IMG/VR virus record: IMGVR_UViG_3300033463_000005
Coordinates: 96,001-160,000 of that record
Source: a virus
Lineage: Duplodnaviria > Caudoviricetes
Strand: one strand, 5' to 3'
Length of the DNA stretch: 64,000 bases
The position numbers and the translations under genes were made by a program. Positions 30,051 through 40,271 of this stretch are shown here, in pieces. The stretch's first letter is position 1. Each line of letters begins with the position of its first letter. The notes beneath the pieces are model-generated. The model was not told where the DNA came from and made no database searches. It worked only from the letters and a program-made list of their open reading frames with translations.

Positions 30051-31051
30051 ATGAATTATTAACATATATTGATCAAATCGATACTGCATCATGTATTGCA
30101 GAAATGGAAACACTGAATGCATTATGTGATTCCTATATAAAAGCATCGATGATTATTGAAGCTGTCGATGAATCTACAGACACATCATCGTTTAGTATTT
30201 TCCAAGAACTAAATACTGATACACTTAAAGATGCATTTAGAAATTTCATGTATACCGATGGAACTATGCCGCATGGAAAACCCGGAGAAAGTGTTGTAAA
30301 AAAGATACTATTATTCATTCCGAGATTGTTTTTGATGTTTTTACGACAGCTAATGAAGCTTGTCGTCTTCATAGTAGGTCATTTAGTGGATGACATAATA
30401 TCTATAAAAGATGATAAATATCGGTATCTCCCGATTGATCCAGAGGTATTTCGATCCGATATACTTAATCAGATTGATAATTTAATTAGTCTATTTAAAG
30501 ATGTGCATGAACATGTACCGAATAACTGTGACTCACCAGCGAAATATTATTCGATATTAGTCTCGACGGTTATTGATCTGACTAATGGGTTCGAAATACC
30601 AACAGTGAATGGCAAAATGAAAAATGCTACAATGGAAATTGCATTAGACGAGTTCGCTAAATATTTAAAGCAGTATGACGATGGAGGTTCAAAACACAAA
30701 AAACTGTTTAAAGAAACCAAAGAAAATTCACCACAGTCACAGGAATATACCTCTAAGCTAATGAAAAAATCATATCACAATACAGTTAGAGAATTGAAAA
30801 ATCTCATAAAAAGACTTAATTATGTGAATAAAAATTTCAAACAACAATATGAACAAGATGAAGCTATGGGTGATGCATATCGTGCAGTAAATAAAATGCG
30901 ATCTAACCTAGCATATATTCTTCAATTTTTGGCAAAGATTTCTACTACGTGTACAGAATATTCCAATAAACATAAATTGAATGAATATAAAGATTCATAT
31001 CGCTATGATTCTGCTGAATTTGATGATGACTACAACGAGGAGGAATCTTAA
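30047..31051 (+). CDS. Internal head protein family member
   Basis: NELLTYIDQIDTASCIAEMETL..YIK..SIFQE, then GESVVKKILLFIPRL. Confidence 0.7.
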   Translation: MNELLTYIDQIDTASCIAEMETLNALCDSYIKASMIIEAVDESTDTSSFSIFQELNTDTLKDAFRNFMYTDGTMPHGKPGESVVKKILLFIPRLFLMFLRQLMKLVVFIVGHLVDDIISIKDDKYRYLPIDPEVFRSDILNQIDNLISLFKDVHEHVPNNCDSPAKYYSILVSTVIDLTNGFEIPTVNGKMKNATMEIALDEFAKYLKQYDDGGSKHKKLFKETKENSPQSQEYTSKLMKKSYHNTVRELKNLIKRLNYVNKNFKQQYEQDEAMGDAYRAVNKMRSNLAYILQFLAKISTTCTEYSNKHKLNEYKDSYRYDSAEFDDDYNEEES

Positions 31052-33117
31052 TGGCCAATTATACAAATTCTCCATTGGTTGAATACACACATATTTCTCC
31101 ATACAGAAATTCTCCACGTAATCAACCAATCACAAAAATTACATGGCATCACACTGCAGGTGTGTGTTCATTGGAACAGTTCGATGAAATTGTTCATCGT
31201 CCCGGAAGAAACATGTCTTCCAATTACATGGTCGACAAAGATGCTCGCGTTGGACTCTTCTGCCCAGAGTCTGATCGTTGCTGGTGTTCGTCATCTTCGT
31301 GGAATGATAACAGAGCGGTTGTATTGGAAATATCCAACTCCAAGAGTGGTGGAGATTGGCCTATCTCTGATAAAGTATATCAGAAGTGTATTGAACTGAC
31401 CGTGGATATCTGCAAACGAAATGGAATTAAAAAATTAACATTTACCGGTGACAAGAATGGATCTTTGACATTCCATCGTTTTTACGCCGCAACTGGATGT
31501 GTTCCCACTACAACAACAGAACTGCTCACACCGACAGGTTGGAAATCCATTGGGGATATCCAAGTTGGTGACACTATTATGACAGTTGATCCAAAAACAT
31601 TGGATATGAAATTTGATACTGTCGAGAATTTGACAAATAAACACATTGATGATGTTTACACTGTCAGGGGAATGTCAGTCACAAAGGAACATCGTGTGTT
31701 ATGTCATACATCCGATGATATGACAACCATTGGATATCAATTCAAATCATTTGATGAGTTGAAAGATAAGTCATATCGAATTCCTGTTGCTGGATATACA
31801 ACCAATGCCGGAATTGAAATGACATCTTCTGAAATGGTATTTCTGTTGAGATATCAATGGCATGGTACATTGTTAGATGACGGAACTGTTTCATTTGTAT
31901 TCGTAAATGAAAATCAACTTGGATACATGCGTACATTATTGACAAACATTGGATACAAATTCGATACAGAACGCGATGATCTCGGTCCAGTTCATGTATA
32001 TGTCAGAGACAAACGTGCAAATGAATTGATCAATAAATACATGGTGGGTGATACCAAAGAATTCAATTGGGAATGGTTGACCATGTCACCAACACAATTC
32101 TCATATTTCATCTACAAGGTGACTTGTCATGAGGATGGAACTTGGAGACGTATCTATGGTTCTTCATCAAAACAAAATCGTGATGTTGTTCAAGCATTGT
32201 GTGCATTGAATGAACGCGGTACAAAATGTTTGGATAAAGATGGATTGATCTACGTATCTGATCCAATTCGCACAATTGAATTTGGCAAGAGCGAGATTGT
32301 TGAATCCAAGAATGAAGAAGTCATGTGTGTCACTGTTAAGAGTGGCGCATTCTTAATGCGTCAAAATGGTTATACAACCATCACCGGAAATTGCCCTGGT
32401 GAGTATATCTATTCTCGTGCACAACAAATCTGTGATGAAGTCAATGCCAAATTGAATCCTCCTGAACCACAACCGACACCAACACCGACTGTTGAAATTA
32501 AAGCTGGTGATTTGGTTAAGATTGCAGCCGGTGCTGTCTATTATGGTACTTCCAAGAAGATTCCACAATCTGTCTATGATCAGAATTGGTATGTGGATTC
32601 TGTATCTGGTACACGTGCTGTATTGGGTAAGAATGAAAAGGGAGATATGAATATCAACTCCGCCGTTGATACAAAATATCTGACTGTGGTAAAAGAGGCA
32701 CCAAAGGAAACACCAAAACCTGTTGAACCTGTACAACCAAAGCAGAAATGTCCATATGTCACGAAACTTGCAAAAGGTTCATCTGTATATACAATCAATG
32801 GATCATCTGCAATGTTCGCATCTTCCATTACCGTTGAAGGTATGTATACGATCATTGAAGAAAAGACAATCAAGAATGGTGTGTATGGAAAACTGAAAAG
32901 CGGTGCAGGTTGGGTGTATCTGCGAAGAAGTGAACAAAAAATTTCTGTTGGAGACTATGTGAAAGTCTTGAAGGCTGTTACATATGATGGCAAACCGTTC
33001 AAAGTGTATCTTGCAAAATACAAAGTTTTGCAAGTGAATGGTGACCGGATTGTGATTTCGTCCGATGGAAAGAAAGTCACTGCGGCTGTCAAAGCATCCA
33101 ATCTTCAGAAACTATAA
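31051..33117 (+). CDS. N-acetylmuramoyl-L-alanine amidase (Amidase_2) endolysin with intein and SH3-like wall-binding domains
   Basis: ITWHHTAG, SSNY, LEI, HRFYAATG/CPG after intein removal; GKLKSGAGW and two further SH3-like repeats. Confidence 0.9.
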   Translation: MANYTNSPLVEYTHISPYRNSPRNQPITKITWHHTAGVCSLEQFDEIVHRPGRNMSSNYMVDKDARVGLFCPESDRCWCSSSSWNDNRAVVLEISNSKSGGDWPISDKVYQKCIELTVDICKRNGIKKLTFTGDKNGSLTFHRFYAATGCVPTTTTELLTPTGWKSIGDIQVGDTIMTVDPKTLDMKFDTVENLTNKHIDDVYTVRGMSVTKEHRVLCHTSDDMTTIGYQFKSFDELKDKSYRIPVAGYTTNAGIEMTSSEMVFLLRYQWHGTLLDDGTVSFVFVNENQLGYMRTLLTNIGYKFDTERDDLGPVHVYVRDKRANELINKYMVGDTKEFNWEWLTMSPTQFSYFIYKVTCHEDGTWRRIYGSSSKQNRDVVQALCALNERGTKCLDKDGLIYVSDPIRTIEFGKSEIVESKNEEVMCVTVKSGAFLMRQNGYTTITGNCPGEYIYSRAQQICDEVNAKLNPPEPQPTPTPTVEIKAGDLVKIAAGAVYYGTSKKIPQSVYDQNWYVDSVSGTRAVLGKNEKGDMNINSAVDTKYLTVVKEAPKETPKPVEPVQPKQKCPYVTKLAKGSSVYTINGSSAMFASSITVEGMYTIIEEKTIKNGVYGKLKSGAGWVYLRRSEQKISVGDYVKVLKAVTYDGKPFKVYLAKYKVLQVNGDRIVISSDGKKVTAAVKASNLQKL
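31498..32391 (+). mobile_element. Intein (298 aa) with degenerate LAGLIDADG-like core
   Basis: Block A CVPTTTTELLTPTGWKSIGDIQVGD, block B VTKEHRV, block F/G VMCVTVKSGAF..ITGN followed by Cys+1. Confidence 0.9.
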
Positions 33118-33124
33118 AAAAGAA

Positions 33125-33148
33125 ATGGGGGCGCATATGCGCCCCCAT
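33125..33148. terminator. Perfect palindrome (GCATATGC family) between convergent genes
   Basis: ATGGGGGCGCATATGCGCCCCCAT. Confidence 0.8.
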
Positions 33149-33217
33149 ATATTTCAAACCGTATCGCCAAGAGCCTCGATCCTTTCTGGTGACAGTTGGA
33201 TCGTCCACTCAAGACGA

Positions 33218-33526
33218 TTAAACTTTTGACCATTGCGCAACCGTGTATGCATTGATAACACGGTTGAGAAATGTTGCAAGATTCATATGCGGTGGCACAT
33301 TAATCCTGCTTATTGCGGGGTTACGCATTTCATCGTATGTAAATACGACAATCGGCACCCGCTTTCTGTCACTTATCAATATTTGCGTTTCATTGTGATC
33401 CATTGCAACAATGAAATGCTCAGAACTGAACAACGTCCAATTCTTTCGAATTTCACCGAAACGATCTTCCGGTGTAAATTCGGATTTGAGTGTTTCAAAG
33501 AGATCAGACATTTCCATCAAGATCAC
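33218..33526 (-). CDS. Hypothetical early protein
   Basis: ~100 aa, overlapping the upstream gene. Confidence 0.65.
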   Translation of the reverse strand: MILMEMSDLFETLKSEFTPEDRFGEIRKNWTLFSSEHFIVAMDHNETQILISDRKRVPIVVFTYDEMRNPAISRINVPPHMNLATFLNRVINAYTVAQWSKV

Positions 33527-33842
33527 CTTCTTTAAGATTATTAAGGGAGCAGATCATGTTCAATATGCCGATCAACTCCTGTGCTTTGGTATACAAAGCA
33601 GCGATCTTCTCGGAATTCGATACCATCTTATCATAGAGATTGACTGTATCGTTCATTGCGAATTCGATCCGACCATCGTCATCTGTCGGATCCTCTTCTT
33701 TGAGTTTTGCGATTTCTGCTGCACGAGAATCAGCCAGTGTCTGCAGTAACTGACCATAGTGGTCTCGACGCTGCATTTCTTTGAGAACGATATCAAGTAC
33801 CGCTCTCAGATCATCGATTTGCTCTTTTAGTTTTGCTTCCAT
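33504..33842 (-). CDS. Hypothetical helical early protein
   Basis: Start MEAKLKEQ after GGAGGT RBS, below an early motif. Confidence 0.7.
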   Translation of the reverse strand: MEAKLKEQIDDLRAVLDIVLKEMQRRDHYGQLLQTLADSRAAEIAKLKEEDPTDDDGRIEFAMNDTVNLYDKMVSNSEKIAALYTKAQELIGILNMICSLNNLKEGDLDGNV

Positions 33843-33871
33843 ATTGATGTACCTCCAACAAATTTGAATGT

Positions 33872-33911
33872 GAATAGGTGATTGATTCCTATTCCAGATT
33901 AATAATATATA
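33872..33911 (-). promoter_or_regulatory. Early-type promoter motif plus hairpin
   Basis: TATATATTATT-AATCTG-GAATAGG..CCTATTC. Confidence 0.6.
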
Positions 33912-33999
33912 TGTTAAAATAAGAAATGTTCGGACATATATTATTCCACTGGAATCCCGGGAACAAACTAACAATCTTGTTTGCATGGAGGGTACGTAC

Positions 34000-35841
34000 A
34001 TGGAAGAAAAGAAACTACAATCCAAAGAACCAAAGCCATTGAATTACACTGCTGGTAGTGTGTTATTCGATGTACGATATTATCGAAAACCAGAATGTTT
34101 TGAAGTCATCACATGGAATCCGATTACACGACAACATGAGGTGAATTATGAAGAACCAATCATTGATATCTGGTTTGTAAAACCTGAATTTCGTATTCAC
34201 AATTATCAGGAATCACAAATTGAAATGGATAAGTGTTATCCATTCTATTGTAAACCATCTCAAGTTGCAAAAGTCATTGCACAAGAGATTGGTGGTGAGT
34301 GGGCTGAATGGTATCAAGCAAATTTGGATGCAGAAAATTACAATGACATCACACGACATATGTGTGAATGTCCATGGGTATATGCAGCAGATTTTGAACC
34401 AACCGTATATTTTCGATTGAGATGGTTCGATCAATACGGAAAAGATATTGATTTAACAAAGATTACAAATTCATATTTGGATATTGAGATTGATACAATT
34501 GACCGTGCCATTGATGCAAAGAATATCAATGATTCACCAAATCCAATCAATGCAGTTACATTGATATTGGACAATGTCAAGATATGTGCAGTATTCATCC
34601 TTGGACCTCGACCCAAACATAAAATTGATCAAAAGTTTTGGGGTTTATTGGAGAAGCAGGAAAAAGAGTACAAATGGTTATTACAACATCAAGACGAATT
34701 CAAACGAATGATTCGAGAAGATGATGAAGATAACAAAAAATATCTGGAAGGATATGAGATCCGATTACACATATATGAATTCCAGGATGAGATCAAACTG
34801 ATCAAAACGATATATGATTATATCAACAAATATCGTCCATCATTTGTTGAATCATGGAATGCAAAATTTGACCATCCGAGATTGTGGCATCGAATTGAAT
34901 ATCTTGGATATGATGCAAAGGAAATCATGATTCCAAAAGAATTTAAAACAGACAGAATCTATTATCAGGAAGATATGTCTGGTAACTTCCAGATGAAGAA
35001 TTCTCGTGATTGGTTCCACATATCTTCTTATTCGGTATGGATTTGTCAATTACGAAAATTTGCTGCAATCAGAAAATCACAACAAGAAAGACGTTCATAC
35101 TCTTTGGAATCGGTTGGTTCCGATATGTGCGGTATTCATAAATTAACAGAGTCTAAATCTGGATCATTTCGTCAATTCCCATATACGGATTTTCTGAAGT
35201 TTATTTTGTACAATGTGCGTGATGTGGTTGTACAAAAAGCAATTGGAGATGTGACGGGTGATTCTCGCACATTGGTATCCCGTTCATTCAAGTTTGCAAC
35301 TGTATATTCAAAATGTTTCCAGGAAACACATATCGTGCGAAATGCACGTGAATATTATTATCGGAAATTCTCTCATAAAGTACAAGCATGTCGTTTGCTT
35401 GTGGATAAAAGCGTTGATTCATCTTTCAAAGGTGCTTATGTGGCACCGCCAGAAAAGAATGCTCCAACTGGTTTGGTTTTGAATGGAAAACGACATCACA
35501 ATATCATATATGGTTCTTTGGATGCGGATGCAGAATCATACTATCCGTCGACAAAGATGGGTATGAATATGGACCCGATGTCGTTATTATATAAATGCAT
35601 TATCAAAAATGAAGTGTTCAAAAATGGAACATCAACGAATCGTTCACTGTGTCAAGAGTATGATTGGTATGATGCGAAGAATCGTGCACATGCTGAAGAT
35701 TTGACTGGTCCGCTCATCAATGCATACAAAAATAGAAACATATTCTCATTAATGTATAACTGGTTTAATCTACCTTCCGTATCTGAATATTTCAAATATT
35801 TGGATATGTGTTTTGGTAAATCAATAAACGGAGGAAATTGA
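34000..35841 (+). CDS. Family B DNA polymerase, N-terminal subunit (3'-5' exonuclease plus region II; split enzyme)
   Basis: YLDIE, WNAKFD, YNVRD, FKGAYV, DAESYYPS; region III and the catalytic DTDS motif are absent. Confidence 0.85.
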   Translation: MEEKKLQSKEPKPLNYTAGSVLFDVRYYRKPECFEVITWNPITRQHEVNYEEPIIDIWFVKPEFRIHNYQESQIEMDKCYPFYCKPSQVAKVIAQEIGGEWAEWYQANLDAENYNDITRHMCECPWVYAADFEPTVYFRLRWFDQYGKDIDLTKITNSYLDIEIDTIDRAIDAKNINDSPNPINAVTLILDNVKICAVFILGPRPKHKIDQKFWGLLEKQEKEYKWLLQHQDEFKRMIREDDEDNKKYLEGYEIRLHIYEFQDEIKLIKTIYDYINKYRPSFVESWNAKFDHPRLWHRIEYLGYDAKEIMIPKEFKTDRIYYQEDMSGNFQMKNSRDWFHISSYSVWICQLRKFAAIRKSQQERRSYSLESVGSDMCGIHKLTESKSGSFRQFPYTDFLKFILYNVRDVVVQKAIGDVTGDSRTLVSRSFKFATVYSKCFQETHIVRNAREYYYRKFSHKVQACRLLVDKSVDSSFKGAYVAPPEKNAPTGLVLNGKRHHNIIYGSLDADAESYYPSTKMGMNMDPMSLLYKCIIKNEVFKNGTSTNRSLCQEYDWYDAKNRAHAEDLTGPLINAYKNRNIFSLMYNWFNLPSVSEYFKYLDMCFGKSINGGN

Positions 35842-38114
35842 TTATGTCATTTGAGGAACAGATGCCAACACTGGAATTGGGTGATGTATCAAAACGATAC
35901 ATGCAATTATACGGTGTGAATATCGTGTTGCAACGTGCCATTCCAATGTTGGTTGACGGATTGAAGCCGATCCATCGACGTATCATGTATGCAATGTATC
36001 GTGTTGCACGTGGTAACATGATGAAGGTTGCAACGATTTCTGGTGAAACAATGAAGTTCTCCCCGCATTCCGACCTGGGTACAAGATACATTGTTGCCGG
36101 TTTAGCACAACCGTTTTCAAACAATGTTCCATTCTTGACTCCGAATGGAAACTGTGGTACTGCAACACATGGTGATGATGTTGCTGCAGCACGTTATTGG
36201 GACGCATCATTATCCAAATTTGCACTGGATGTATTCTTCTCTGAATTTGATGGTAAGGTCAATATGAAAGAGAATTACGATGGCGAATTGATGGAGCCAA
36301 TCACATTACCAGCAAAATTCCCAACGATTCTGTTGAATGGTTCTCATGGTATTGGATATACGATGTCGTCGGATATTCTTCCGTATAATCTGAATGAAGT
36401 TGCGGATGCAACCATCAAACTTCTTAAGAATCCAAAAGCCGATGTTCATTTGATTCCAGATTCACCGACTGGATGTGACATTATCAAACGTGATGATCAG
36501 ACATTTGTAATGCAATCATCATTTGAAATCGATAATGTGAATTACATCATCACGATCAAGAATACACCATTTGGAGAATATCTATGTGATATCGATAAAC
36601 GGTTATGTGAAATTCAGGACGGACCGAATCCAATTAAAGAGATTCTGAATGCAGATAATGAATCAGAATTGTCAGAGAACAAAATCCGATATGTGATTCG
36701 TTGTAAACCATGCAATCTGTATCAGGTAATCAATCAACTGTTCAAACGTGTTGCTGGATTCCGCATTACATTATCAACAAGAAATTGTGTTGTGGTTGAT
36801 GCAAATAACAGAACGCAAAAATATAATGAACGACAAATTCTGATGGCATGGATTACAAACAGACTGAAAGAAAAGCGTTCATTCTTCTTGAGAGAATTGG
36901 TCGCAAAGACGACGGAGTATAACATGTTGAATGGTAAGAAGTTCATGTTATCTCCGCAGAATCTGACAAAGACAATCAAAGTCTTCCGTTCCTGTAATAA
37001 GAAAGATGAAATCATTCCAGCATTGGTAAAAGCTTATGATGGCAAAGTCACAACATCACAAGCGAATTATATCTCCGGGTTATATGTATATCAATTGACA
37101 GAAGGTGAATATCAAAAGACCCTCGAGATGATTGACAAAATCACAAAGGAAATCCAATATCTAAAATCAGTTGTGGAAGATCCCGAAAAAGTCAGAGATG
37201 TTATCATTGATGATATCAAGACAATTAAATCAAAATATGGAAACCCCCGTCGTTCCAAAATACTGAATGCAAACGGCGGGGAACAAACAAACATCGGGAT
37301 CTGTCAAATTCTAACGGATGGATCCATCCTATTTTCGGAAACAGAGAATCCGGACCATTTCGCATCCGATGTGACACCAATCGATGGTGATGAAGTATGT
37401 CTGATTGATCAGTACGGAAAATCATTATGGGTGCAACTGGATAAAGTACCACATGACAAACCTCTGACATTAACATCAATTGGTAGAGAACCAATGGGTG
37501 AATGTTTGGCAGTTGTATCAAATTCAGATCGTTCCATCGTGATGTTGACCAATAAAGGTCGTATCAAATTAATGCCGATTAATAAGATACCCTCCAATCA
37601 ATCCAGAAAAGCGTTGATTCCATTGCAGGATGATGAACGCATTGTATCCATATTGGAAGTGTCTAACACGTCAGATGATTTGTTAATGTATACTTCGGAT
37701 GGATATGGCAAACGATTCTCCGTATCAGATTTGAATTCAGTTAATTCACCGGATGCACAGGGACAATTCATTGTCAAAGAGAATTGTGATGCCGCTGGAT
37801 TATTTATGGTGAATTCGAAAAAGCCGCTAATTTTCTATGTTACACGACTGGGTAGAGTCAGGGTGAATCATTCCAAGTTCTTGGTATCCGGAAAGAAGTT
37901 TGCCGGTTTGAAGCCAATCATCAAACTGTCACCACAAGATGATTTAATCGCAGTATTCTGTACAACAAACGACCGAACAGTAACATTATATCATGCGGAC
38001 GGACGTGTATCTTCTGTGAATGTGAATTCGTTGGATCCGGTGACGATGAATACACCTCCACAGAAACCAAGACATGTTCCTGGTGTGAAGGTGATTCGTG
38101 CAACAATCTCATGA
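35838..38114 (+). CDS. Type IIA topoisomerase subunit A (GyrA/ParC-like)
   Basis: RAIP..DGLKPIHRRI, PHSD, AAARY with catalytic Tyr, NGSHGIG, pinwheel-like C-terminal repeats. Confidence 0.92.
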   Translation: MIMSFEEQMPTLELGDVSKRYMQLYGVNIVLQRAIPMLVDGLKPIHRRIMYAMYRVARGNMMKVATISGETMKFSPHSDLGTRYIVAGLAQPFSNNVPFLTPNGNCGTATHGDDVAAARYWDASLSKFALDVFFSEFDGKVNMKENYDGELMEPITLPAKFPTILLNGSHGIGYTMSSDILPYNLNEVADATIKLLKNPKADVHLIPDSPTGCDIIKRDDQTFVMQSSFEIDNVNYIITIKNTPFGEYLCDIDKRLCEIQDGPNPIKEILNADNESELSENKIRYVIRCKPCNLYQVINQLFKRVAGFRITLSTRNCVVVDANNRTQKYNERQILMAWITNRLKEKRSFFLRELVAKTTEYNMLNGKKFMLSPQNLTKTIKVFRSCNKKDEIIPALVKAYDGKVTTSQANYISGLYVYQLTEGEYQKTLEMIDKITKEIQYLKSVVEDPEKVRDVIIDDIKTIKSKYGNPRRSKILNANGGEQTNIGICQILTDGSILFSETENPDHFASDVTPIDGDEVCLIDQYGKSLWVQLDKVPHDKPLTLTSIGREPMGECLAVVSNSDRSIVMLTNKGRIKLMPINKIPSNQSRKALIPLQDDERIVSILEVSNTSDDLLMYTSDGYGKRFSVSDLNSVNSPDAQGQFIVKENCDAAGLFMVNSKKPLIFYVTRLGRVRVNHSKFLVSGKKFAGLKPIIKLSPQDDLIAVFCTTNDRTVTLYHADGRVSSVNVNSLDPVTMNTPPQKPRHVPGVKVIRATIS

Positions 38115-38131
38115 AAGGATGTGCATGAAGG

Positions 38132-38356
38132 ATGTTCAAAAAGGATAAAGTGCTACACAAAAAGACAGTTGTATCAGAAATCAATGGAGATAGAGTGTTG
38201 ACAAAAACCGAACATTTCAGATTATATATCATCATGGGAAAAGACAAACATTCAGAAGATGAGATACTCGGAACAACTCTATTGACAGAAGCACAAGCAA
38301 CTGTATTGAATGATACCTGCAATTGTAGAGGCATCAAATTCATTCGTAAATTGTGA
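38132..38356 (+). CDS. Hypothetical protein
   Basis: 74-aa ORF within the operon. Confidence 0.6.
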   Translation: MFKKDKVLHKKTVVSEINGDRVLTKTEHFRLYIIMGKDKHSEDEILGTTLLTEAQATVLNDTCNCRGIKFIRKL

Positions 38357-38365
38357 GGAGAGCAT

Positions 38366-39874
38366 ATGTTCAAAGTCACAGTACGAGCAACAAGCATCCT
38401 GGTAACACCGGGCCAGGATGCTCTATTGCCGTTGAAGAAATTATTGGATATGCATGAATACGAGGATGAATATCAAGAAACGACCAATATCCTCGGATAT
38501 ATGTATGATGAAGAACATGATGTGTTGTACATGCACAAAGGTATTGATATTGAATATCTGAGACTATTGCTTGGTGATGTAGAAATCAAATACAACCTGT
38601 ACGACGCATTTCAAGAAATGCATTACGAATTTGAAGAAGTGATTCCGCCACGTGATGAAGATCAAATATCGGCAATTCATTTTATCACGGGAGAAAAAGA
38701 GTACGCGTCCAATATCAATGATTCTCAAATATTCCTTGTCCTAGATACTGGAAAAGGAAAGACATTCTGTACTGGATATGGGATTGGTGTATATGGTGTG
38801 AAGACATTGATTATCATGCATCGTGATAATCTTCGAACACAGTGGGTAAAATCATTACGTGATTTAAATGGATATACATCATCCGAATTATATGAATTGA
38901 CATCTTCATCAGAATTGGAAGCAATTGCAAATGGAACATTGAAACTTGATTATGATGTATATCTTATGACACATGCAACATTCCGTGCTGCATGTAATCG
39001 CATCCGTGATTGTGAGAAGATTCGTAATATCGCAAAGAATTTACGGATTGGATTTAAAGTCATTGACGAAGCGCATCTGGAATTTCGTGATACATTATTG
39101 ATCGACTTCCTGTTTAATATAAAACGAAATCTATATTTAACCGCAACGGACGGTCGTTCATCAAAAGATGAGAATGCAATCTTCAAACATGTATTTTCCA
39201 ATACAACATTCTATCGAAAGATTACAACAAGTTCGACACATCCAGACAAATGGGTTGAATACATCACAATCGATATCAATACACATTGTAATCCAAACAT
39301 CTATCGATTCCGTGTGAATGGTGGACGTGGTATGTCCGCAATCACATATGGTAAATGGGTGATTCAACATGATAAAAAACACACGCATTTCAAAGTGTGC
39401 AAAGAAATCATCAAACAAATCTACGAGGATGAACCGAATGCAAAAGTGATTGTATTCATGCCATTAATTGATTTATGTACGGAATGTGCATATTTCTTAA
39501 ATATGGAATTGAATAATGATGAATCGTTTGAATATTCACTTGATGTAAAAACAGTAAATTCTCATAATTCAAAATCAGAAAATGAAATGAATAAAAAGGC
39601 TGATGTAATTGTTACAACCATACAATCGCTTGGAACTGGTTCGGATATCAAGGGCATTACAGATATCATAAATTGCTCTCCGATCGTTTCAAAAATTGTC
39701 GTAAAGCAAGTACTCGGTCGAATCCGATATATTCCATTACAATGTCACTACTATGACATCGTGGATCAATCGGTTCCAGCAGATTGTTACTGGTGGAAAT
39801 CTCGTTCTCGGACATTAAAGTCATTGACAACAAAATACACACATCTATCATGGCAAGAGGAGGAAACAACATGA
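38366..39874 (+). CDS. SF2 DExH helicase (UvsW-like)
   Basis: TGKGKT, IDEAH, TAT, QVLGRIR. Confidence 0.88.
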   Translation: MFKVTVRATSILVTPGQDALLPLKKLLDMHEYEDEYQETTNILGYMYDEEHDVLYMHKGIDIEYLRLLLGDVEIKYNLYDAFQEMHYEFEEVIPPRDEDQISAIHFITGEKEYASNINDSQIFLVLDTGKGKTFCTGYGIGVYGVKTLIIMHRDNLRTQWVKSLRDLNGYTSSELYELTSSSELEAIANGTLKLDYDVYLMTHATFRAACNRIRDCEKIRNIAKNLRIGFKVIDEAHLEFRDTLLIDFLFNIKRNLYLTATDGRSSKDENAIFKHVFSNTTFYRKITTSSTHPDKWVEYITIDINTHCNPNIYRFRVNGGRGMSAITYGKWVIQHDKKHTHFKVCKEIIKQIYEDEPNAKVIVFMPLIDLCTECAYFLNMELNNDESFEYSLDVKTVNSHNSKSENEMNKKADVIVTTIQSLGTGSDIKGITDIINCSPIVSKIVVKQVLGRIRYIPLQCHYYDIVDQSVPADCYWWKSRSRTLKSLTTKYTHLSWQEEETT

Positions 39875-40233
39875 TCCCATCCAAATTTATCAAAAATATC
39901 ATCCGTGGAAAAAATCGTTTTCGGTATCTGACCATCATCATTCTTGTTGCCATCTTTGTTACGGCAACAATGATTCATGATTGGAATCAGTTATCCGAAA
40001 ATCTGTATTACTACGGTATCGTCGGATCAATCATTGTCATTGCAATCGTTGTCTTAGGAATCATCGCCAAATCATTGGATTCACACTGGTATGGAAAGAT
40101 CAATGATCAGATTGATCGCGAAGCAGAGGAACTGGTCGAATTAATTCACAATAAGAAATTATTTGCACATACTGAAATTCGTCCTGTTATTGATGCTTTG
40201 ATTGTTCATTATGGAAAAGAGAAAGATGAATAG
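39871..40233 (+). CDS. Two-TM membrane protein
   Basis: Start MIPSK after GAGGAGG; two hydrophobic helices. Confidence 0.7.
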   Translation: MIPSKFIKNIIRGKNRFRYLTIIILVAIFVTATMIHDWNQLSENLYYYGIVGSIIVIAIVVLGIIAKSLDSHWYGKINDQIDREAEELVELIHNKKLFAHTEIRPVIDALIVHYGKEKDE

Positions 40234-40237
40234 GATA

Positions 40238-40259
40238 TGGAGGGGCGAAAGCCCCTCCA
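40238..40259. terminator. Terminator hairpin with GAAA loop between convergent genes
   Basis: TGGAGGGGC-GAAA-GCCCCTCCA. Confidence 0.8.
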
Positions 40260-40271
40260 ATTATTTTATCA

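Noticed and set aside
33504-33842. Small helical protein as a remote Avd
   Set aside because: Acidic, no recognisable Avd motif, 24 kb from the RT; cannot be supported without an HMM search.
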